Assembly (NCBI GenBank): GCA_037142515.1
Contig: JBAXAM010000003.1
Coordinates: forward strand, 9,484 to 73,483
DNA from: a bacterium
GTDB taxonomy: Bacteria > Pseudomonadota > Gammaproteobacteria > UBA9339
DNA length: 64,000 nt
Reading direction: 5' to 3'
The notes beneath the pieces are model-generated. The model ran no database searches, was not told the origin of the DNA, and saw only the letters and a program-made list of their open reading frames with translations. Made by a program: the position numbers and the translations under genes. Of the stretch, positions 10,301 to 24,561 are shown one piece after another (the stretch's first letter is position 1; each line of letters starts with the position of its first letter).

Positions 10301-11470
10301 CGTATTAAGGAGGATGTAGTTTATCAAAAGATCAGAAATATTTTACTTAAGCAAAAAGCTGAAAGTGGCCCAAAGCGATTGAAAAAGGGAACGATTATTG
10401 ATAGTGAGTATTTAGATAAGCTTCCGCGTGAGCAATGGCTTGAAATTAGTTTAACTAATGGAGCAGCTAATCAGGGATTAGAGGCGGCAGCTAAACAACT
10501 AAAACAGCTATTAAAAGATCATGATAAAAAATTAGACAATGAACGAAAAAAACTTGCACAAGGCGATGATTTGGCGCCTGGAGTGCTCAAGGTTGTTAAG
10601 GTTTATTTAGCAGTCAAACGCCGTATGCAAGTGGGTGATAAAATGGCTGGCCGGCACGGTAATAAGGGTGTTATTTCGATTATTGCTCCAGTCGAGGACA
10701 TGCCATTTCTTGCTGATGGTACGCCGGTTGATATTGTTCTCAATCCGCTTGGAGTGCCATCGCGTATGAACGTTGGTCAGGTCCTAGAGACCCATTTGGG
10801 TTGGGCGGCAAAAGGCCTAGGATTAAAAATTGCTAAGATGCTAGATGAGCATTGCAAGATGGCCGAACTGCGAGAGTTTTTGCAAAGAGTTTATGATGTG
10901 GGCCAGGGTGAAAAAATTGACTTAGAAAAACTTACGAACGACGAAATTAAAGTATTAGCTAATAATCTGCGTGATGGTGTCCCAATTAATACTCCAGTAT
11001 TTGATGGCGCGACTGAAAATGAAGTGCGAGAAATGCTGCGTTTGGCTGAATTGCCAGAGTCAGGGCAGACGTGGTTGTTTGATGGTTGCTCCGGTAAGAA
11101 ATTTGATCGTCCAGTTACGGTTGGCTATATGTATATTCTTAAATTAAATCACTTAGTTGACGATAAGATGCATGCGCGCTCGACTGGATCATATAGTTTA
11201 GTGACACAACAGCCTCTTGGAGGCAAAGCTCAATTCGGTGGTCAACGTTTTGGTGAAATGGAAGTGTGGGCGCTTGAAGCTTATGGTGCAGCTTATACGC
11301 TACAAGAAATGTTGACTGTTAAGTCTGATGACGTTGTTGGCCGTACAAAAGTTTATAAGAATATTGTTGATGGTGATCATAGTATGGATGCTGGGATGCC
11401 AGAGTCATTTAATGTTTTGGTTAAAGAAATAAGATCGCTTGGTATAGATATAGAACTTGAGGGGGAATAG
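7346..11470 (+). CDS. rpoB: DNA-directed RNA polymerase subunit beta
   Basis: About 1374 aa, with [22 protein letters not shown] and PSRMNVGQ motifs. The ORF track uses TTG 7343, but the adjacent ATG 7346 is equally possible. Confidence 0.98.
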   Translation: MNHIQQVKTHGGNRAVLSYTEKKRIRKSFAKHPITVVPPNLLAVQADSYRDFIQTGVLPEELADVGLHAVFKSVFPIVSYAGNAQLDYVNYSLGEAMFDVRECRTRGLNYAAALRIKLRLTVYEKDSAGNKTAKDIKEQEVYICDLPLMTDTGSFVVNGIERVVVSQLHRSPGVFFEHDKGKTHSSGKLLFSARVIPYRGSWLDFEFDPKDCVFVRIDRRRKLPVTVLLRSLGYTTEQILDMFFEADTYRLVGEDIILDLNPERLRGELAVIDIKGKSGDIIVEQGRRISQRHVSLMQKAGIKTLSVPLEYLLDKVIAKPVIDKKTGEVLAAANIEVTAELIKQFHKAGIGSFETLYVNDLDRGLYISDTLRIDSSSTQLEGLVEIYRMMRPGEPPTKEAAETLFRNLFFSSERYDLSTVGRMKFNRRLDRSSFEGPGVLSKDDIVDVIKTLISIRDGKGEVDDIDHLGNRRIRSVGEMVENQFRMGLVRVERAVKERLGLADTENLLPQDLLNAKPIAAAIKEFFGSGQLSQFMDQNNPLTSITHKRRISALGPGGLTRERAGFEVRDVHPTHYGRLCPIETPEGPNIGLINSLAIYAKINKYGFIESPYRKVVAGKITEEIVHLSAIEEGNFYIAQANTTIDKHGNLVDELIPSRYKGESILTTAEHVNYIDVSPSQIVSIATALIPFLEHNDTSRALMGSNMQRQAVPTIHAEKPLIGTGMEYRVAIDSGVTVVARRGGIVDSVDASRIVVRVNESEAVGGEEAAVDIYNLIKYSRSNQNTCITQRPLVEIGDHVAISDVLADGPSTDLGELALGQNLLVAFMPWNGYNFEDSIVISERVVQEERFTTVHIQELTCVARDTKIGPEEITADIPNVGESALAKLDACGIVHIGAEVVAGDILVGKVTPKGETQLTPEEKLLRAIFGEKASDVKDTSLRVPSGTNGTVIDVQVFTRDGVEKDERAKAVEKASLMKIKKDLSDELRIKEDVVYQKIRNILLKQKAESGPKRLKKGTIIDSEYLDKLPREQWLEISLTNGAANQGLEAAAKQLKQLLKDHDKKLDNERKKLAQGDDLAPGVLKVVKVYLAVKRRMQVGDKMAGRHGNKGVISIIAPVEDMPFLADGTPVDIVLNPLGVPSRMNVGQVLETHLGWAAKGLGLKIAKMLDEHCKMAELREFLQRVYDVGQGEKIDLEKLTNDEIKVLANNLRDGVPINTPVFDGATENEVREMLRLAELPESGQTWLFDGCSGKKFDRPVTVGYMYILKLNHLVDDKMHARSTGSYSLVTQQPLGGKAQFGGQRFGEMEVWALEAYGAAYTLQEMLTVKSDDVVGRTKVYKNIVDGDHSMDAGMPESFNVLVKEIRSLGIDIELEGE

Positions 11471-11473
11471 AGC

Positions 11474-14400
11474 TTGAGAGATCTACTTAATTTAGTAAAA
11501 AAGGGTCAGTTCGAAGAATTTGATGCTATTCGTATCGGCCTTGCATCACCCGACATAATTCGCTCTTGGTCTTATGGCGAAGTAAAAAAGCCAGAAACTA
11601 TTAATTATCGCACCTTCAAGCCAGAGCGTGATGGTTTATTTTGCGCCAAAATCTTTGGACCAACTAAAGACTACGAGTGTTTGTGTGGTAAATACAAGCG
11701 CTTAAAACATCGCGGCGTTATTTGCGAGAAGTGCGGTGTTGAAGTGACAATTTCACGTGTGCGTCGTGAACGTATGGGCCATATTGAGCTTGCTTGTCCT
11801 GTAGCGCATATCTGGTATTTAAAATCTTTGCCGTCGCGTATTGGCATGTTGCTTGATATGAGTCTACGTGATATTGAGCGTATTCTTTATTTTGAATCAT
11901 ATGTTGTTGTCAATCCGGGAATGACTCCGCTTACACACGGTCAGTTACTTTCTGATGAGACTTATCAAGAAGCAATAGAGCAATACGGTAATGATTTTGA
12001 AGCAATGATGGGCGCTGAAGCAATCCAACGTATTTTGCAAGAAGTAGATCTTGCCGCACAAGTTGAAGAGTTGCGCTGTGAGTTAGCCAAAACAAACTCT
12101 AGCACTAAATTTAAAAAAATTAGCAAGCGTCTACGTGTGCTTGAGGCATTCCAAGAATCAAGCAATAAGCCCGAATGGATGATTTTAACTGTGTTACCAG
12201 TGTTACCCCCAGATTTGCGTCCGTTAGTGCCGCTTGATGGTGGTAGGTTTGCGACTTCAGATCTTAATGATTTATATCGTCGCGTCATCAATCGTAATAA
12301 TCGCCTTAAGCGTCTTTTGGATTTAAATGCTCCAGATATTATTGTGCGCAATGAAAAGCGGATGTTACAAGAATCAGTTGATGCTTTGTTGGATAATGGT
12401 CGTCGTGGTCGCGCCATCACTGGTGCTAATAAGCGTCCATTAAAATCACTTGCCGATATGATCAAGGGTAAACAAGGTCGTTTTCGTCAAAATCTTTTAG
12501 GTAAACGCGTTGATTATTCCGGGCGTTCAGTAATTGTTGTTGGTCCGGCGCTTAAATTGCACCAGTGCGGCTTGCCGAAAAAAATGGCTCTTGAATTATT
12601 CAAGCCATTTATTTATAGCAAGCTGCAATTTAGGGGACTTTCTACTACGATTAAAGCTGCAAAAAAGATGGTAGAAAGCGAAGTTCCAGAAGTTTGGGAT
12701 ATTTTAGAAGAAGTAATTCGTGAGCATCCTGTTCTTTTGAATCGTGCGCCAACCTTACATCGTTTGGGTATACAAGCGTTTGAACCGTTGTTGATTGAGG
12801 GTAAAGCGATTCAGTTGCATCCACTGGTTTGTACGGCTTATAACGCAGACTTTGACGGAGACCAGATGGCGGTGCATGTGCCTTTAACAGTGGAAGCGCA
12901 AATTGAAGCACGAACCTTAATGATGTCGACTAATAATATTCTTTCTCCGGCGAATGGTGAGCCGGTTATTGTCCCTAACCAAGATGTGGTTTTGGGTCTG
13001 TACTATATGACCCGTGAAAAAATTAATGTACTGCGTGAAGGTAGTGGTTTGTTTACTGATCCGACCGAAGTGTTGCGTGCTTATGAGACTGGTAATATAT
13101 CGTTGCATGCCAGAATCAAAGTGAGAATTAAAGAAGTTATTTTTGACGATAAAGGCGAGTGTCATGAAAGCATTGACCTCGTTGACACAACAGTTGGCAG
13201 AACATTGCTTTGGAGTATTGTTCCAGAAGGGTTGCCGTTTAAATTAATTGATAGGCCGCTTACTAAAAAAGTACTGTCTGGTTTGCTTAACAGTTGTTAT
13301 CGTGTTTTGGGAACTAAAGCCACCGTAATTTTTGCTGACCAACTTATGTACACTGGCTATAAATATGCAACTGGTTCTGCGATTTCAATTTGTCTTGATG
13401 ATTTAGTTGTGCCTGAGGAAAAGCGCAGCATTATTTCTAAGGCTGAAGCAGAAGTTTTGGAAATTGAAAAGCAATACGCTTCGGGTTTGGTTACACAAGG
13501 GGAGCGTTATAATAAAGCAATTGATATTTGGTCTCGAGCTAGTGATCAAGTTGCCAAGGCAATGATGGTAAATTTATCTACCGAAATTGTTGTCGATAGT
13601 AAAGGTAAAAGTACTAAGCAAGATTCTTTTAATTCAATTTTTATGATGGCTGATTCTGGAGCAAGAGGCTCTGCTGCTCAGATTAGGCAGCTGGCAGGTA
13701 TGCGTGGTTTGATGACCAAACCAGATGGTACAATTATCGAAACGCCAATCACGGCAAATTTCCGTGAAGGATTAAGTGTGTTGCAATATTTTAATTCAAC
13801 GCATGGTGCGCGTAAAGGGTTGGCTGATACAGCTTTAAAGACCGCTAATTCTGGATATTTAACTAGGCGGCTAGTTGATGTATCACAAGATATGGTGGTT
13901 AGAGAACTTGATTGTGGTACTGATAAATATATTACTATGAAACCACTAATTGAAGGTGGTGATGTAGTTGAGTCATTACACGAGCGTGTACTCGGTCGTG
14001 TTACCGCGGAAGAAGTGATTGATCCAGCAAGTGGTAATGTGTTGATACCAGTTGATACACTGCTCGACGAAGCTAAAGTTGAACTCATTGAGAAATACAG
14101 TATTGATCAAGTTAAAGTGCGCTCACCAATTACTTGTGAAACCTTGCATGGCGTTTGTGCAATGTGTTATGGCCGAGATTTAGCTCGTGGCCATCTGGTA
14201 AATATTGGTGAAGCAGTTGGAATCATGGCGGCACAATCTATTGGTGAGCCAGGAACGCAGCTAACCATGCGTACCTTCCATATTGGTGGTGCAGCTTCGC
14301 GTGCTACCGCAATTAATAGTGTTCAGGTTAAGTCTAGTGGAAGTGTAAAGTTGCATAACATGAAAACAGTTAGGCACACTAATGGTAATTTAATTGCAGT

Positions 14401-15706
14401 TTCGCGTTCTGGTGAAGTGGCTGTTGTTGATAGTACTGGTCGTGAGCGCGAACGTTACAAAGTTCCGTATGGCGCAGCGTTAACAATTAGTGACGGTGAT
14501 ACTTGTAGTGCTGGCCAAACAATTGCACAGTGGGATCCGCATACTCATCCAATTGTTACAGAAGTTGCAGGTGCGGTGCGGTTTGTTGATTTAGTCGAAG
14601 GCGTAAGTATGCGTAGGCAAACTGACGAACTTACCGGATTGAGTACTATCGTTGTTATTGGGTCCACACAACGTAGCAATGTGAGCAAAGAACTGCGTCC
14701 TATGGTGAAATTAGTTGATAGAAAAGGCAAAGAACTTTGTTTGAGTGGTACTAATATGCCAGCGCATTATTTTTTACCTAGTGGAGCAATTTTGCATATT
14801 GAAGATGGTTCATCGATTGAGGTTGGTGATGTCGTTGCGCGTATTCCGCAAGAAATTTCCAAAACGCGTGATATTACCGGCGGTTTGCCGCGTGTTGCTG
14901 ATTTATTTGAAGCGCGCAAACCCAAAGAGCCTTCGATGCTTGCTGAGATTTCAGGGGTTATTAGTTTTGGTAAAGAAACTAAAGGTAAGCGACGTTTAGT
15001 AATTACTGCTGCAGACGGCGCTGCTCATGAAGAGCTAATTAATAAATGGCGTCATGTTAGCGTATTTGAAGGAGAGCATGTAGAGAAGGGTGAGACCATT
15101 TCTGATGGTCCATCTGATCCGCAAGATATTTTGCGCCTACTTGGTGTAAATGCTTTAGCCGTTTACATTGTTAATGAAGTGCAAGAAGTTTATCGTTTGC
15201 AAGGTGTAAAAATTAATGATAAGCATATCGAAATTATTTTGCGTCAGATGCTGCGCAAAGTTATAGTTACTGTGCCGGGTGATACTAAGTTTTTAAAGGG
15301 CGAGCAATTAGATAAGACTGTGGTGCTAGAGGAGAATCAACGTATACTCGAGCAAAAGGGTATGCCAGCGCAATTCGAGTTATTATTGCTTGGTATTACG
15401 AAAGCTTCGCTTGCTACAGAGTCATTCTTTTCTGCCGCTTCATTCCAAGAGACTACTAGAGTGCTTACAGAGGCTTCAGTTACTGGTAGACGCGATTATC
15501 TGCGCGGACTAAAAGAAAATGTTCTGGTTGGGCGTTTGATTTCAGCTGGTACGGGTTACGCCTATCACGCTGAGCGTCATAAACAGCGCCAGGCAGAGAT
15601 AAAAACTGAGGCAATGATTGAAGCTGAGGCTGAGATGGTAGCTAAAAAAGCAGAGCAAGCATTAAGTGATGCTTTAAAATCTTCTGAAATGGGAAGTCAG
15701 GCGTAG
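11474..15706 (+). CDS. rpoC: DNA-directed RNA polymerase subunit beta'
   Basis: 1410 aa. A TTG start gives (M)[51 protein letters not shown], collinear with E. coli RpoC. NADFDGD is present. Confidence 0.98.
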   Translation: MRDLLNLVKKGQFEEFDAIRIGLASPDIIRSWSYGEVKKPETINYRTFKPERDGLFCAKIFGPTKDYECLCGKYKRLKHRGVICEKCGVEVTISRVRRERMGHIELACPVAHIWYLKSLPSRIGMLLDMSLRDIERILYFESYVVVNPGMTPLTHGQLLSDETYQEAIEQYGNDFEAMMGAEAIQRILQEVDLAAQVEELRCELAKTNSSTKFKKISKRLRVLEAFQESSNKPEWMILTVLPVLPPDLRPLVPLDGGRFATSDLNDLYRRVINRNNRLKRLLDLNAPDIIVRNEKRMLQESVDALLDNGRRGRAITGANKRPLKSLADMIKGKQGRFRQNLLGKRVDYSGRSVIVVGPALKLHQCGLPKKMALELFKPFIYSKLQFRGLSTTIKAAKKMVESEVPEVWDILEEVIREHPVLLNRAPTLHRLGIQAFEPLLIEGKAIQLHPLVCTAYNADFDGDQMAVHVPLTVEAQIEARTLMMSTNNILSPANGEPVIVPNQDVVLGLYYMTREKINVLREGSGLFTDPTEVLRAYETGNISLHARIKVRIKEVIFDDKGECHESIDLVDTTVGRTLLWSIVPEGLPFKLIDRPLTKKVLSGLLNSCYRVLGTKATVIFADQLMYTGYKYATGSAISICLDDLVVPEEKRSIISKAEAEVLEIEKQYASGLVTQGERYNKAIDIWSRASDQVAKAMMVNLSTEIVVDSKGKSTKQDSFNSIFMMADSGARGSAAQIRQLAGMRGLMTKPDGTIIETPITANFREGLSVLQYFNSTHGARKGLADTALKTANSGYLTRRLVDVSQDMVVRELDCGTDKYITMKPLIEGGDVVESLHERVLGRVTAEEVIDPASGNVLIPVDTLLDEAKVELIEKYSIDQVKVRSPITCETLHGVCAMCYGRDLARGHLVNIGEAVGIMAAQSIGEPGTQLTMRTFHIGGAASRATAINSVQVKSSGSVKLHNMKTVRHTNGNLIAVSRSGEVAVVDSTGRERERYKVPYGAALTISDGDTCSAGQTIAQWDPHTHPIVTEVAGAVRFVDLVEGVSMRRQTDELTGLSTIVVIGSTQRSNVSKELRPMVKLVDRKGKELCLSGTNMPAHYFLPSGAILHIEDGSSIEVGDVVARIPQEISKTRDITGGLPRVADLFEARKPKEPSMLAEISGVISFGKETKGKRRLVITAADGAAHEELINKWRHVSVFEGEHVEKGETISDGPSDPQDILRLLGVNALAVYIVNEVQEVYRLQGVKINDKHIEIILRQMLRKVIVTVPGDTKFLKGEQLDKTVVLEENQRILEQKGMPAQFELLLLGITKASLATESFFSAASFQETTRVLTEASVTGRRDYLRGLKENVLVGRLISAGTGYAYHAERHKQRQAEIKTEAMIEAEAEMVAKKAEQALSDALKSSEMGSQA

Positions 15707-15735
15707 TGTTTTTGTATTTTTTTGTATGTTTTCTC

Positions 15736-15764
15736 TTGACAGGTTGGATTTGGCTAATTAGAAT
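15736..15764 (+). promoter_or_regulatory. sigma70 promoter of the str operon (rpsL-rpsG-fusA-tufA)
   Basis: TTGACA (15736-15741), a 17-nt spacer, then TAGAAT (15759-15764), 44 nt upstream of the rpsL ATG. Confidence 0.65.
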
Positions 15765-15807
15765 CGCGCCTCCATCCTGAATGACCAGTGGAAGTTGGAT
15801 TAAAATC

Positions 15808-16182
15808 ATGGCAACTGCAAATCAATTAATAAAGAAGCCAAGGCGACTTAGAACTTGGAAAAATTCTGTACCAGCGTTAGCTGCATGTCCGCAAAAACGA
15901 GGTGTTTGTATGCGTGTTTATACAACAACTCCTAAAAAGCCAAACTCGGCATTGCGAAAAGTTGCGCGTGTACGTTTGACTAATGGTATGGAAGTAACTA
16001 CTTATATTGGTGGTGAAGGCCACAACTTACAAGAGCACTCAGTAGTGTTAATTCGAGGTGGCCGTGTTAAGGATTTACCAGGTGTGCGTTATCATATTGT
16101 TCGTGGGAGTTTAGATACCACAGGTGTTGATGGACGCAAACAAGGAAGATCTAAGTACGGAGCCAAGAAGGCAAAGAAATAA
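15808..16182 (+). CDS. rpsL: 30S ribosomal protein S12
   Basis: [13 protein letters not shown]...[19 protein letters not shown]...[14 protein letters not shown] used ATG 15808 rather than the upstream ORF-track start at 15781. Confidence 0.98.
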   Translation: MATANQLIKKPRRLRTWKNSVPALAACPQKRGVCMRVYTTTPKKPNSALRKVARVRLTNGMEVTTYIGGEGHNLQEHSVVLIRGGRVKDLPGVRYHIVRGSLDTTGVDGRKQGRSKYGAKKAKK

Positions 16183-16727
<545 letters not shown>

Positions 16728-16736
16728 AGAGAAATA

Positions 16737-18827
16737 ATGTCACGTACACATCCATTAAAATATTATAGAAACATTGGTATTGCGGCGCACATTGATGCGG
16801 GCAAGACTACGACTACCGAAAGAGTGTTGTTTTATACTGGTGTTTCGCACAAGATGGGTGAAGTGCATGAAGGTACTGCTGTCATGGATTGGATGGAGCA
16901 AGAGCGTGAACGCGGTATTACGATCACTGCTGCAGCGACCACGTGTCGCTGGAGTGGAATGAATAAACAGTATCAAGAACATCGCATTAATATTATTGAT
17001 ACACCTGGACATGTTGATTTTACTATTGAGGTTGAGCGCTCGCTTCGTGTGCTTGATGGTGCGGTGGTTGTATTTTGTGCTGTTGGTGGTGTTGAGCCGC
17101 AGTCGGAAACTGTATGGCGTCAAGCTAATAAGTATAAGGTTCCGCGAATTTGTTTTGTCAATAAAATGGATCGTGCTGGAGCTGATTTTTTCCGCGTCGC
17201 AAAACAAATTGTTGACCGTTTAGGTGCTAATGCGGCTGTTATGCAGGTGCCAATTGGAAAAGAAGAAAATTTTAAAGGCGTAATAGATTTGGTTGGTATG
17301 CGCGCTATTTTTTGGAGTGAAGAAGATAAAGGGATGACTTATAAAGAAGAGAATATTCCGGAAGATTTGCAGTCTATTTGCGATGAGTTGCATGAAAAGT
17401 TGATTGAGCAAGCAGCAGAAGCTGATGAAGAATTAATGCATAAATATTTAGAAGGTCACAAGTTGACAGTAGAAGAGATTAGAGCGGGCATCAGAAAACG
17501 CACGATTGCCAATGAAATTGCTCCAGTATTTTGTGGGTCAGCCTTTAAGAACAAGGGCGTTCAGGCGGTATTAGACGGTGTTATTGATTATTTGCCTGCG
17601 CCAAATGAGATTGCGGCAATCAATGGTATACTTGAAAATGGTACCGAAGCGATTCGCAAAGCTTCTGATGAGGAGCCTTTTGCTGCACTGGCTTTCAAAA
17701 TTGCTACTGATCCGTTTGTGGGCGCTTTGACATTTTTTAGAGTTTATTCCGGTGTTTTGCGTTCAGGGGATGGGGTTTATAACCCAGTAAAGTGTAAAAA
17801 AGAACGAATTGGTCGTATTGTACAATTACATGCGGATACGCGCTTAGAGATTAAGGAAGTTTATGCTGGTGATATCGCCGCCGCTGTCGGTTTAAAAAAT
17901 GTTACTACTGGTGATACGCTTTGTGATGAAGATAATATTATTACGCTAGAACGCATGGAGTTTCCTGAGCCTGTTATCTCAGTTGCTGTTGAGCCAAAAA
18001 CTAAGGCTGATCAGGAAAAAATGGGAATTGCGCTAAATAAGTTAGCACAAGAAGATCCATCTTTTCGTGTTCACACAGATGAAGAGTCAGGTCAGACAAT
18101 TATTGAAGGGATGGGTGAGTTACATTTAGAAATTATTGTTGACCGTATGAAGCGTGAGTTTAGTGTTGATGCTAATGTTGGTAAGCCACAAGTTGCTTAT
18201 CGTGAAACTATACGTAAACTTGTTGAGCAAGAAGGTAAATACATTAAACAATCAGGTGGTCGTGGTCAGTATGGACATGTTTGGATCAAAATTGAGCCGT
18301 TGGCACGTGGTGCAGGGTATGAATATGTTAATGATATTGTAGGCGGCGTGATTCCGAGAGAATATATACCAGCAGTCGATAAGGGTATTAAGGGGCAAAT
18401 GGAAAATGGTGTTATAGCTGGCTATCCTGTGGTTGATGTTCGGGTTACTTTATTTGATGGTTCTTATCACGATGTTGACTCGAGCGAAATGGCGTTTAAA
18501 ATAGCCGGTTCAATGGCTTTCAGAGAGGGTGCTCTTAAAGCGGATCCTGTGCTTTTAGAGCCTATAATGAGTGTTGAAGTAGTGACGCCTGAAGAATATA
18601 TGGGCGATGTGGTTGGTGACTTGAGTCGTCGTCGCGGTGTTATTCAAGCGATGGATGCAGGTCCATCTGGAAAAATTATTAAAGCTGAGGTTCCTCTCGG
18701 CGAGATGTTTGGTTACGCTACTGATGTGCGTTCAATGAGTCAAGGGCGAGCGACATATACAATGGAATTTGCTAAGTATAATGAGGCTCCTTCTAGTATA
18801 ACCGAGTCGGTAGTAAAGAAAAAATAA
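16737..18827 (+). CDS. fusA: elongation factor G
   Basis: 696 aa with [34 protein letters not shown] and NKMDR. Confidence 0.98.
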   Translation: MSRTHPLKYYRNIGIAAHIDAGKTTTTERVLFYTGVSHKMGEVHEGTAVMDWMEQERERGITITAAATTCRWSGMNKQYQEHRINIIDTPGHVDFTIEVERSLRVLDGAVVVFCAVGGVEPQSETVWRQANKYKVPRICFVNKMDRAGADFFRVAKQIVDRLGANAAVMQVPIGKEENFKGVIDLVGMRAIFWSEEDKGMTYKEENIPEDLQSICDELHEKLIEQAAEADEELMHKYLEGHKLTVEEIRAGIRKRTIANEIAPVFCGSAFKNKGVQAVLDGVIDYLPAPNEIAAINGILENGTEAIRKASDEEPFAALAFKIATDPFVGALTFFRVYSGVLRSGDGVYNPVKCKKERIGRIVQLHADTRLEIKEVYAGDIAAAVGLKNVTTGDTLCDEDNIITLERMEFPEPVISVAVEPKTKADQEKMGIALNKLAQEDPSFRVHTDEESGQTIIEGMGELHLEIIVDRMKREFSVDANVGKPQVAYRETIRKLVEQEGKYIKQSGGRGQYGHVWIKIEPLARGAGYEYVNDIVGGVIPREYIPAVDKGIKGQMENGVIAGYPVVDVRVTLFDGSYHDVDSSEMAFKIAGSMAFREGALKADPVLLEPIMSVEVVTPEEYMGDVVGDLSRRRGVIQAMDAGPSGKIIKAEVPLGEMFGYATDVRSMSQGRATYTMEFAKYNEAPSSITESVVKKK

Positions 18828-18842
18828 GTATTTTTAAAAACC

Positions 18843-20057
18843 TATAAAAATAGGAGTACAAACAATGGCAGAAAAAGAAAAATTTGATCGAACCAAGCCG
18901 CATATAAATATCGGTACTATAGGGCATGTAGATCATGGTAAAACAACGCTAACAGCAGCGATGACGATGGTACTGGCTGCAAAATTTGGTGGTGAAGTAA
19001 AGAAATTCGACGAAATTGACAATGCCCCAGAAGAAAAAGAAAGAGGCATAACAATAGCAACTTCGCATGTTGAATATCAAACAGCGAAATTCCATGTTGC
19101 TCACGTAGATTGCCCAGGACATGCTGATTATGTAAAAAACATGATTACTGGAGCAGCACAGATGGATGGAGCTGTTTTGGTTGTAAGTGCAGCTGATGGT
19201 CCAATGCCACAAACCAGAGAGCACATTCTTTTGGCCAGACAGGTTGGAGTGCCAAAAATTATTGTATATTTAAATAAAGCTGATATGGTGGACGATCCTG
19301 AGTTATTGCAGCTGGTTGAGATGGAGATTAGAGATTTATTGAATAAATATGAATTTCCAGGAGATATAACGCCGATTGTTGTTGGTTCTGCCTTAAAAGC
19401 GCTTGAAGGAGATAAAAGCGAATTGGGAGAGCCATCGATATTGAAATTGGCTCAAACGATAGATGAGTATTTTGTAATACCAGAGCGTCCAAAAAACAAA
19501 CCGTTTTTGATGCCAATAGAAGATGTATTTTCTATATCAGGAAGAGGCACGGTAGTAACTGGAAGAATTGAAAGAGGTATAGTTAAGTCTGGAGAAGAAG
19601 TAGAGATAGTTGGGATTCGTCCTACACAAAAGACTATATGTACCGGTGTTGAGATGTTTAGAAAGATTTTGGACCAAGGAGAAGCTGGAGATAATGTTGG
19701 AGTGTTATTGCGTGGCACTAAGAAAGAAGATGTCGAAAGAGGTCAGGTATTAGCGCATCCAGGAACGATAACTCCACATACTAAGTTTGAAGCTGAAGTA
19801 TATGTACTTTCGAAAGAAGAAGGTGGAAGACACACAGCGTTTTTCAAAGGATATCGTCCACAGTTTTATTTTAGAACTACTGACGTAACTGGAGCAGTGG
19901 AATTACCATCTGGTGTTGAGATGGTGATGCCCGGAGATAATATTAAGATAGTAGTAGCCTTAATAGTACCGGTTGCTATGGAAGACGGGGTAAGATTTGC
20001 AATAAGAGAGGGCGGCCGAACAGTTGGCGCTGGGGTTGTAACTAAGATTATTGAATA
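18843..20057 (+). repeat. tuf repeat copy 2 (identical to 2751..3965)
   Basis: See copy 1. The offset between the copies is 16092 nt. Confidence 0.9.
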
Positions 20058-20058
20058 G
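18865..20058 (+). CDS. tufA: elongation factor Tu (str-operon copy)
   Basis: The 397-aa product is identical to that of the 2773-3966 copy. It occupies the canonical fusA-tufA position. Confidence 0.98.
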   Translation: MAEKEKFDRTKPHINIGTIGHVDHGKTTLTAAMTMVLAAKFGGEVKKFDEIDNAPEEKERGITIATSHVEYQTAKFHVAHVDCPGHADYVKNMITGAAQMDGAVLVVSAADGPMPQTREHILLARQVGVPKIIVYLNKADMVDDPELLQLVEMEIRDLLNKYEFPGDITPIVVGSALKALEGDKSELGEPSILKLAQTIDEYFVIPERPKNKPFLMPIEDVFSISGRGTVVTGRIERGIVKSGEEVEIVGIRPTQKTICTGVEMFRKILDQGEAGDNVGVLLRGTKKEDVERGQVLAHPGTITPHTKFEAEVYVLSKEEGGRHTAFFKGYRPQFYFRTTDVTGAVELPSGVEMVMPGDNIKIVVALIVPVAMEDGVRFAIREGGRTVGAGVVTKIIE

Positions 20059-20066
20059 GTTTAAAC

Positions 20067-20393
20067 ATGTCGGCTGTTATAAAAAAGAGTCAAAGAATTC
20101 GTATTCGCTTAAAGGCATTTGATCATCGTTTGATCGATCAGGCGACACATGAAATTGTTGAAACTGCAAAGCGTACTGGCGCACAGATTCGTGGGCCGAT
20201 TCCGTTGCCGAATCGTATAGAGCGTTTTACTGTTTGTACTTCGCCAAATGCAGATAAAGATGCACGGGATCAGTATGAGATTCGTACTCATAAACGTTTG
20301 CTCGACATAGTGTTTCCAACTGATAAAACAGTTGATGCGTTGATGAAGTTAGATTTAGCTGCTGGAGTTGAGGTTCAGATCAGTGTTGATTAA
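20067..20393 (+). CDS. rpsJ: 30S ribosomal protein S10
   Basis: [40 protein letters not shown]. It starts only 8 nt after the tufA stop codon. Confidence 0.97.
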   Translation: MSAVIKKSQRIRIRLKAFDHRLIDQATHEIVETAKRTGAQIRGPIPLPNRIERFTVCTSPNADKDARDQYEIRTHKRLLDIVFPTDKTVDALMKLDLAAGVEVQISVD

Positions 20394-20408
20394 TTAAGGT
20401 TTAAGAAA

Positions 20409-21074
20409 ATGACTATTGGTTTAATAGGAAAAAAATGTGGCATGACTCGAATATTTTCTCTCGAGGGTAAGTCAATCCCGGTGACGGTTATTGAGGTTTT
20501 GCCTAATCGTATTGTACAAGTTAAAACTAAAGAGAATGATTTGTATAATGCTATTCAAGTTACTACTGGCACTAAAAAACCCCTTAAGGTTAATAAGGCT
20601 ATAGCTGGTCATTTTAGCAAAGCTAATGTTGCCACTGGAGATGGGTTATGGGAGTTTCGTTTAGCTGAGAATGAAGACAAGGATTTAGTGGTGGGTAGTG
20701 AGTTTACGGTTGATTTATTTAAAGTTGGGCAGATAGTTGATGTTAATGGTGTAACGAAAGGAAAAGGGTTTGCAGGTGTAATTAAACGCCATCATTTTTC
20801 TGGCGGTCCTGCTAGCCATGGAAATTCTTTGTCGCACCGCGCTCCGGGATCTATTGGTCAGCGCCAAACTCCTGGCCGTGTATTTAAAGGCAAAAAAATG
20901 GCTGGTCATTTAGGTAGTGTTAACAGAAGTATTCAGAGTCAAAAAGTTGTTAAAATTGATAATGAGCGCAATTTAATTATGATTAAAGGTGGTATCCCCG
21001 GTGCTCCAGGTGGATACGTTGTAATAACCCCTGCGGCTAAAGTAAAAACAAGAGGAGATGGGGATGGAGCTTAA
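20409..21074 (+). CDS. rplC: 50S ribosomal protein L3
   Basis: [14 protein letters not shown]...[32 protein letters not shown]. Confidence 0.97.
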   Translation: MTIGLIGKKCGMTRIFSLEGKSIPVTVIEVLPNRIVQVKTKENDLYNAIQVTTGTKKPLKVNKAIAGHFSKANVATGDGLWEFRLAENEDKDLVVGSEFTVDLFKVGQIVDVNGVTKGKGFAGVIKRHHFSGGPASHGNSLSHRAPGSIGQRQTPGRVFKGKKMAGHLGSVNRSIQSQKVVKIDNERNLIMIKGGIPGAPGGYVVITPAAKVKTRGDGDGA

Positions 21075-21669
21075 AATATTAGATACATCTGGTGTGGTTT
21101 GTGTTGCAGATGAGATTTTTACTAAAAAATTCAATGAAGATTTGATTCATCAGGTTGTTCAAGCGTATCGTGCTGGTGGTCGATCTGGTAATCGAGCACA
21201 AAAGAGCCGCTCTGAAGTGCGTGGTGGTGGTGCAAAACCAAGGCCGCAAAAAGGTAGTGGCCGCTCGCGTGCTGGTACAATTCGTAGTCCAATATGGCGT
21301 GGTGGTGGCGTTACATTTGCGGCAAAACAAAAAGATTTTTCGCAAAAGATTAATAAGAAAATGTATTCTGGTGCGATGTGCTCTATTTTGTCTGAATTGG
21401 TGCGTCAAGATCGCTTGGTATTGGTGGATAATTTTGTTATTGCTAGTCAAAAGACCAGAGATTTTACTAAAAAATTAGCTGAATTTGGTCTTAAACAAGT
21501 TTTAATTGTGGTTGATGAGATTGATCCGAATTTGTACTTGGCTTCACGCAATTTAATAAACGTAGATGTATGTGATGTGAACGGTGTTAATCCGGTAAAT
21601 TTAATTGGTTTTGAGAAAGTTTTATTTACGGTACCCGCGCTGAAAAAAGTTGAAGAGAGATTGGCATGA
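21064..21669 (+). CDS. rplD: 50S ribosomal protein L4
   Basis: MELKILD...[20 protein letters not shown]...[26 protein letters not shown]. The start could also be ATG 21058. Either choice overlaps the end of rplC. Confidence 0.95.
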   Translation: MELKILDTSGVVCVADEIFTKKFNEDLIHQVVQAYRAGGRSGNRAQKSRSEVRGGGAKPRPQKGSGRSRAGTIRSPIWRGGGVTFAAKQKDFSQKINKKMYSGAMCSILSELVRQDRLVLVDNFVIASQKTRDFTKKLAEFGLKQVLIVVDEIDPNLYLASRNLINVDVCDVNGVNPVNLIGFEKVLFTVPALKKVEERLA

Positions 21670-21962
21670 ATAATAATAAAAGCAAATTAATGAAAATTAT
21701 TATAGCGCCTTGTGTGTCAGAAAAATCAACAGGCGTAAGAGTAGATCGCCAATATGTTTTTCGTGTGCAGAGCGTTGCAACCAAGCCGCAGGTTGCGCGC
21801 GCAATAAAATTATTGTTTGATGTTGATGTTGATGCTGTACGTGTAAGCAACGTAAAAGGTAAGACCCGTAGGTTTGGTAATATTCAGGGGCGACGTAAAG
21901 ATTGGAAAAAGGCTTATGTTACTATTAAAGAAGGCCAGACAATTAATTTGGGTGGAGCTTAG
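21666..21962 (+). CDS. rplW: 50S ribosomal protein L23
   Basis: A 98-aa ORF between rplD and rplB, with an ATGA stop/start overlap. It reads ...[31 protein letters not shown]...[11 protein letters not shown]. Confidence 0.95.
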   Translation: MNNNKSKLMKIIIAPCVSEKSTGVRVDRQYVFRVQSVATKPQVARAIKLLFDVDVDAVRVSNVKGKTRRFGNIQGRRKDWKKAYVTIKEGQTINLGGA

Positions 21963-21965
21963 TTT

Positions 21966-22799
21966 ATGGCTATTGTAAAAACCAAACCAACTTCTCCGGC
22001 GAGACGCTTTGTTATTAAAGTTGTCAACCCGGATTTGTATAAAGGCAAGCCATACGCCCCGCTCTTGGCTTCCAAGCAGCGAGGTCGTGGTAGTGCACGT
22101 AATAATTTAGGCAGAATGACTGTCAGACACCATGGTGGTGGCAGTAAGAGACAGTATCGTGTTATTGATTTCAAGCGTGACAAAGATGGTATTGCTGCTC
22201 GAGTTGAAAGATTAGAGTACGATCCAAATCGCAGGCCATATATTGCTTTAGTTTTATATAAAGATGGTGAGCGCAGATATATTATTGCGCCGAAAGATTT
22301 AAAAGTTGGTGATGAAATAGTGTCAGGCCCAGATGCGGCAATTAAGACCGGAAATTGTTTGCCGTTAAATAGTATACCAGTTGGCACTATGGTGCATTGC
22401 ATAGAGATGCGGCCTAAAAAAGGCGCCCAAATAGCTCGTAGCGCTGGTGCTTCGGTGCAGATTGTTGCTCGTGAAGGAGAATACGTAACACTGCGCTTGC
22501 GTTCTGGTGAAATTAGAAAGATTTTAGCAACATGTAGAGCGTGTGTTGGAGAAGTGTCCAATGCTGAGCATAATTTGCGCTCTCTTGGTAAAGCTGGTGC
22601 TTCACGTTGGCGCGGTATTCGCCCAACAGTTCGCGGTGTTGCTATGAACCCAGTTGATCATCCACATGGTGGTGGTGAAGGTAAGACCTCTGGAGGTCGT
22701 CATCCTGTGACTCCTTATGGTCAACCAACAAAGGGATATCATACACGCAATAATAAACGTACTAATTCGATGATTGTTCGTCGTCGTCATGCTAAGTGA
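21966..22799 (+). CDS. rplB: 50S ribosomal protein L2
   Basis: [15 protein letters not shown]...[11 protein letters not shown]...[28 protein letters not shown]. Confidence 0.98.
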   Translation: MAIVKTKPTSPARRFVIKVVNPDLYKGKPYAPLLASKQRGRGSARNNLGRMTVRHHGGGSKRQYRVIDFKRDKDGIAARVERLEYDPNRRPYIALVLYKDGERRYIIAPKDLKVGDEIVSGPDAAIKTGNCLPLNSIPVGTMVHCIEMRPKKGAQIARSAGASVQIVAREGEYVTLRLRSGEIRKILATCRACVGEVSNAEHNLRSLGKAGASRWRGIRPTVRGVAMNPVDHPHGGGEGKTSGGRHPVTPYGQPTKGYHTRNNKRTNSMIVRRRHAK

Positions 22800-22809
22800 G
22801 GATTAAAAC

Positions 22810-23112
22810 GTGCCACGTTCGGTTAAAAAAGGACCTTTTGTTGATGCTCATCTACTAAAGAAAGTAGAAGCAGCGCAAGAGTCTAAAAGTAAAAAGCCAA
22901 TTAAAACTTGGTCGCGTAGATCAATGGTTATTCCAGATATGGTGGGTTTAACTATTGCGGTTCATAACGGTAAAGATCATGTGCCAGTTTTTATTACTGA
23001 GAACATGGTTGGCCACAAACTTGGTGAATTTGCACAAACTCGTACTTTCCGTGTTCACTCTGGTGAGCGTAAGGTACAGAAAGAAGATACTAAAGATAAT
23101 AAGAAAAAATAA
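22810..23112 (+). CDS. rpsS: 30S ribosomal protein S19
   Basis: A GTG start with GAGGA upstream gives (M)[18 protein letters not shown]...[32 protein letters not shown]. Confidence 0.96.
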   Translation: MPRSVKKGPFVDAHLLKKVEAAQESKSKKPIKTWSRRSMVIPDMVGLTIAVHNGKDHVPVFITENMVGHKLGEFAQTRTFRVHSGERKVQKEDTKDNKKK

Positions 23113-23116
23113 TAAA

Positions 23117-23458
23117 ATGGAAACAATAGCTAAACATAAACATGCGCGTTCTTCTGCACAAAAAGTGCGATTAATTGCTGATCAAATTCGGGGCTTGAAA
23201 GTTGCGCGTGCGCTTGATGTTTTGAATTTTAGTACTAAAAAAGCCGCGTCTTTGGTTCAAGAAGTTTTAAAGTCGGCAATTGCTAATGCTGAGCATAATG
23301 CTGGTGCAGATATAGACGAATTAAAGGTATCTCGTGTTTTTGTTGATGAGGCTACCAGAATGAGACGTATGCATGCGCGCGCTAAAGGTCGAGGTTGTCG
23401 CATTTTAAAGCGCACTTGTCATATTAATGTTGTAGTTACCGATGGCAAGGGGAATTAG
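23117..23458 (+). CDS. rplV: 50S ribosomal protein L22
   Basis: [26 protein letters not shown]...AEHNAG. The N-terminal extension in the ORF track (22955) overlaps rpsS and was rejected. Confidence 0.96.
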   Translation: METIAKHKHARSSAQKVRLIADQIRGLKVARALDVLNFSTKKAASLVQEVLKSAIANAEHNAGADIDELKVSRVFVDEATRMRRMHARAKGRGCRILKRTCHINVVVTDGKGN

Positions 23459-23460
23459 GC

Positions 23461-24144
23461 ATGGGTCAAAAAGTAAATCCAGTTGGTATACGCTTAGGAA
23501 TAGTTCGGGATTGGACATCTACTTGGTATGCTAATTCAAAAACATATTCTAGTTATTTAAATTCAGATATTAAATTACGTAATTATTTAACAAAAAAATA
23601 TGTAGGGGCTTTAATTAGTCGCATTCAAATTGAAAGACCTGCAAAAAATGCACGTATTACGATTTATGCCGGTAAGCCAGGTATTATTTTGGGTAAAAAA
23701 GGTGGGGATGTTGATGCGCTCAGAAAAGAGCTTGGGGCTATGCTTGGCATTCCAGTGCATGTCAATATTGAAGAGATTAAAAAAGTAGACTTGGATGCTA
23801 AGTTAGTTGCTGAGAATATCGCGCAGCAACTAGAACGTAGAATCATGTTTCGTCGTGCTATGAAGCGTGCAGTGCAAAGCGCTTTAAAAGCAGGAGCTTT
23901 AGGGGTAAAGGTTCATGTCAGTGGGCGTTTGGGTGGATCAGAAATTGCTAGAGCCGAGTGGTATCGTGAAGGTCGTGTGCCGTTACATACTTTTCGTGCT
24001 GACATTGATTATAGCCTAGCTGAAGCAAATACTACTTATGGAATAATCGGTGTGAAAGTATGGATATTTAAGGGTGAGAAAATCGGCAAAACTGTTCTTG
24101 CTGCAGAGGCACCTCCGGTAGTCGAAGAAAAAGGTGAAAATTAA
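23461..24144 (+). CDS. rpsC: 30S ribosomal protein S3
   Basis: [24 protein letters not shown]...[30 protein letters not shown]. Confidence 0.98.
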   Translation: MGQKVNPVGIRLGIVRDWTSTWYANSKTYSSYLNSDIKLRNYLTKKYVGALISRIQIERPAKNARITIYAGKPGIILGKKGGDVDALRKELGAMLGIPVHVNIEEIKKVDLDAKLVAENIAQQLERRIMFRRAMKRAVQSALKAGALGVKVHVSGRLGGSEIARAEWYREGRVPLHTFRADIDYSLAEANTTYGIIGVKVWIFKGEKIGKTVLAAEAPPVVEEKGEN

Positions 24145-24147
24145 TTT

Positions 24148-24561
24148 ATGTTGCAACCGAAGAAAACAAAGTACCGTAAGCAATTCAAGGGACGCAATCG
24201 TGGTATTGCTACTCGTGGTGCTGCGGTAAGTTTTGGTGAATACGGCTTAAAAACAGCTGAGCGTGCTCGTCTTACGGCTAGACAGATAGAGGCAGCACGG
24301 CGTTCTATCACGCGTCATATTAAGCGTGGTGGTAAATTGTGGATTCGTGTTTTTCCGGATAAACCAATTACTAAAAAGCCACTTGAAGTTCGCCAAGGTA
24401 AGGGCAAAGGCCCTGTTGAGTATTGGGTGGCCTTGGTTCAGCCAGGAAAGGTTTTGTTTGAAGTTGAAGGTGTTCCCGAGGCGCTGGCGCGAGAAGCGTT
24501 TGTTTTAGCAGCAGCTAAATTGCCAGTGAAAACAGTATTTGTTGCGCGGACGATAATGTAA
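24148..24561 (+). CDS. rplP: 50S ribosomal protein L16
   Basis: [19 protein letters not shown]...[34 protein letters not shown]. Confidence 0.98.
   Translation: MLQPKKTKYRKQFKGRNRGIATRGAAVSFGEYGLKTAERARLTARQIEAARRSITRHIKRGGKLWIRVFPDKPITKKPLEVRQGKGKGPVEYWVALVQPGKVLFEVEGVPEALAREAFVLAAAKLPVKTVFVARTIM

Noticed and set aside
21959-22561. 200-aa reverse-strand ORF antisense to rplB. Similar long antisense ORFs lie inside rpoC (11965-12465, 13678-14088), fusA (16755-17207), rplD (21079-21450), rplX/rplE (25645-26025) and rpsE/rpmD (28143-28562).
   Set aside because: Each is fully embedded opposite a highly conserved gene whose identity is unambiguous. Their translations are low-complexity or odd in composition and lack SD sequences. 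They are shadow ORFs.
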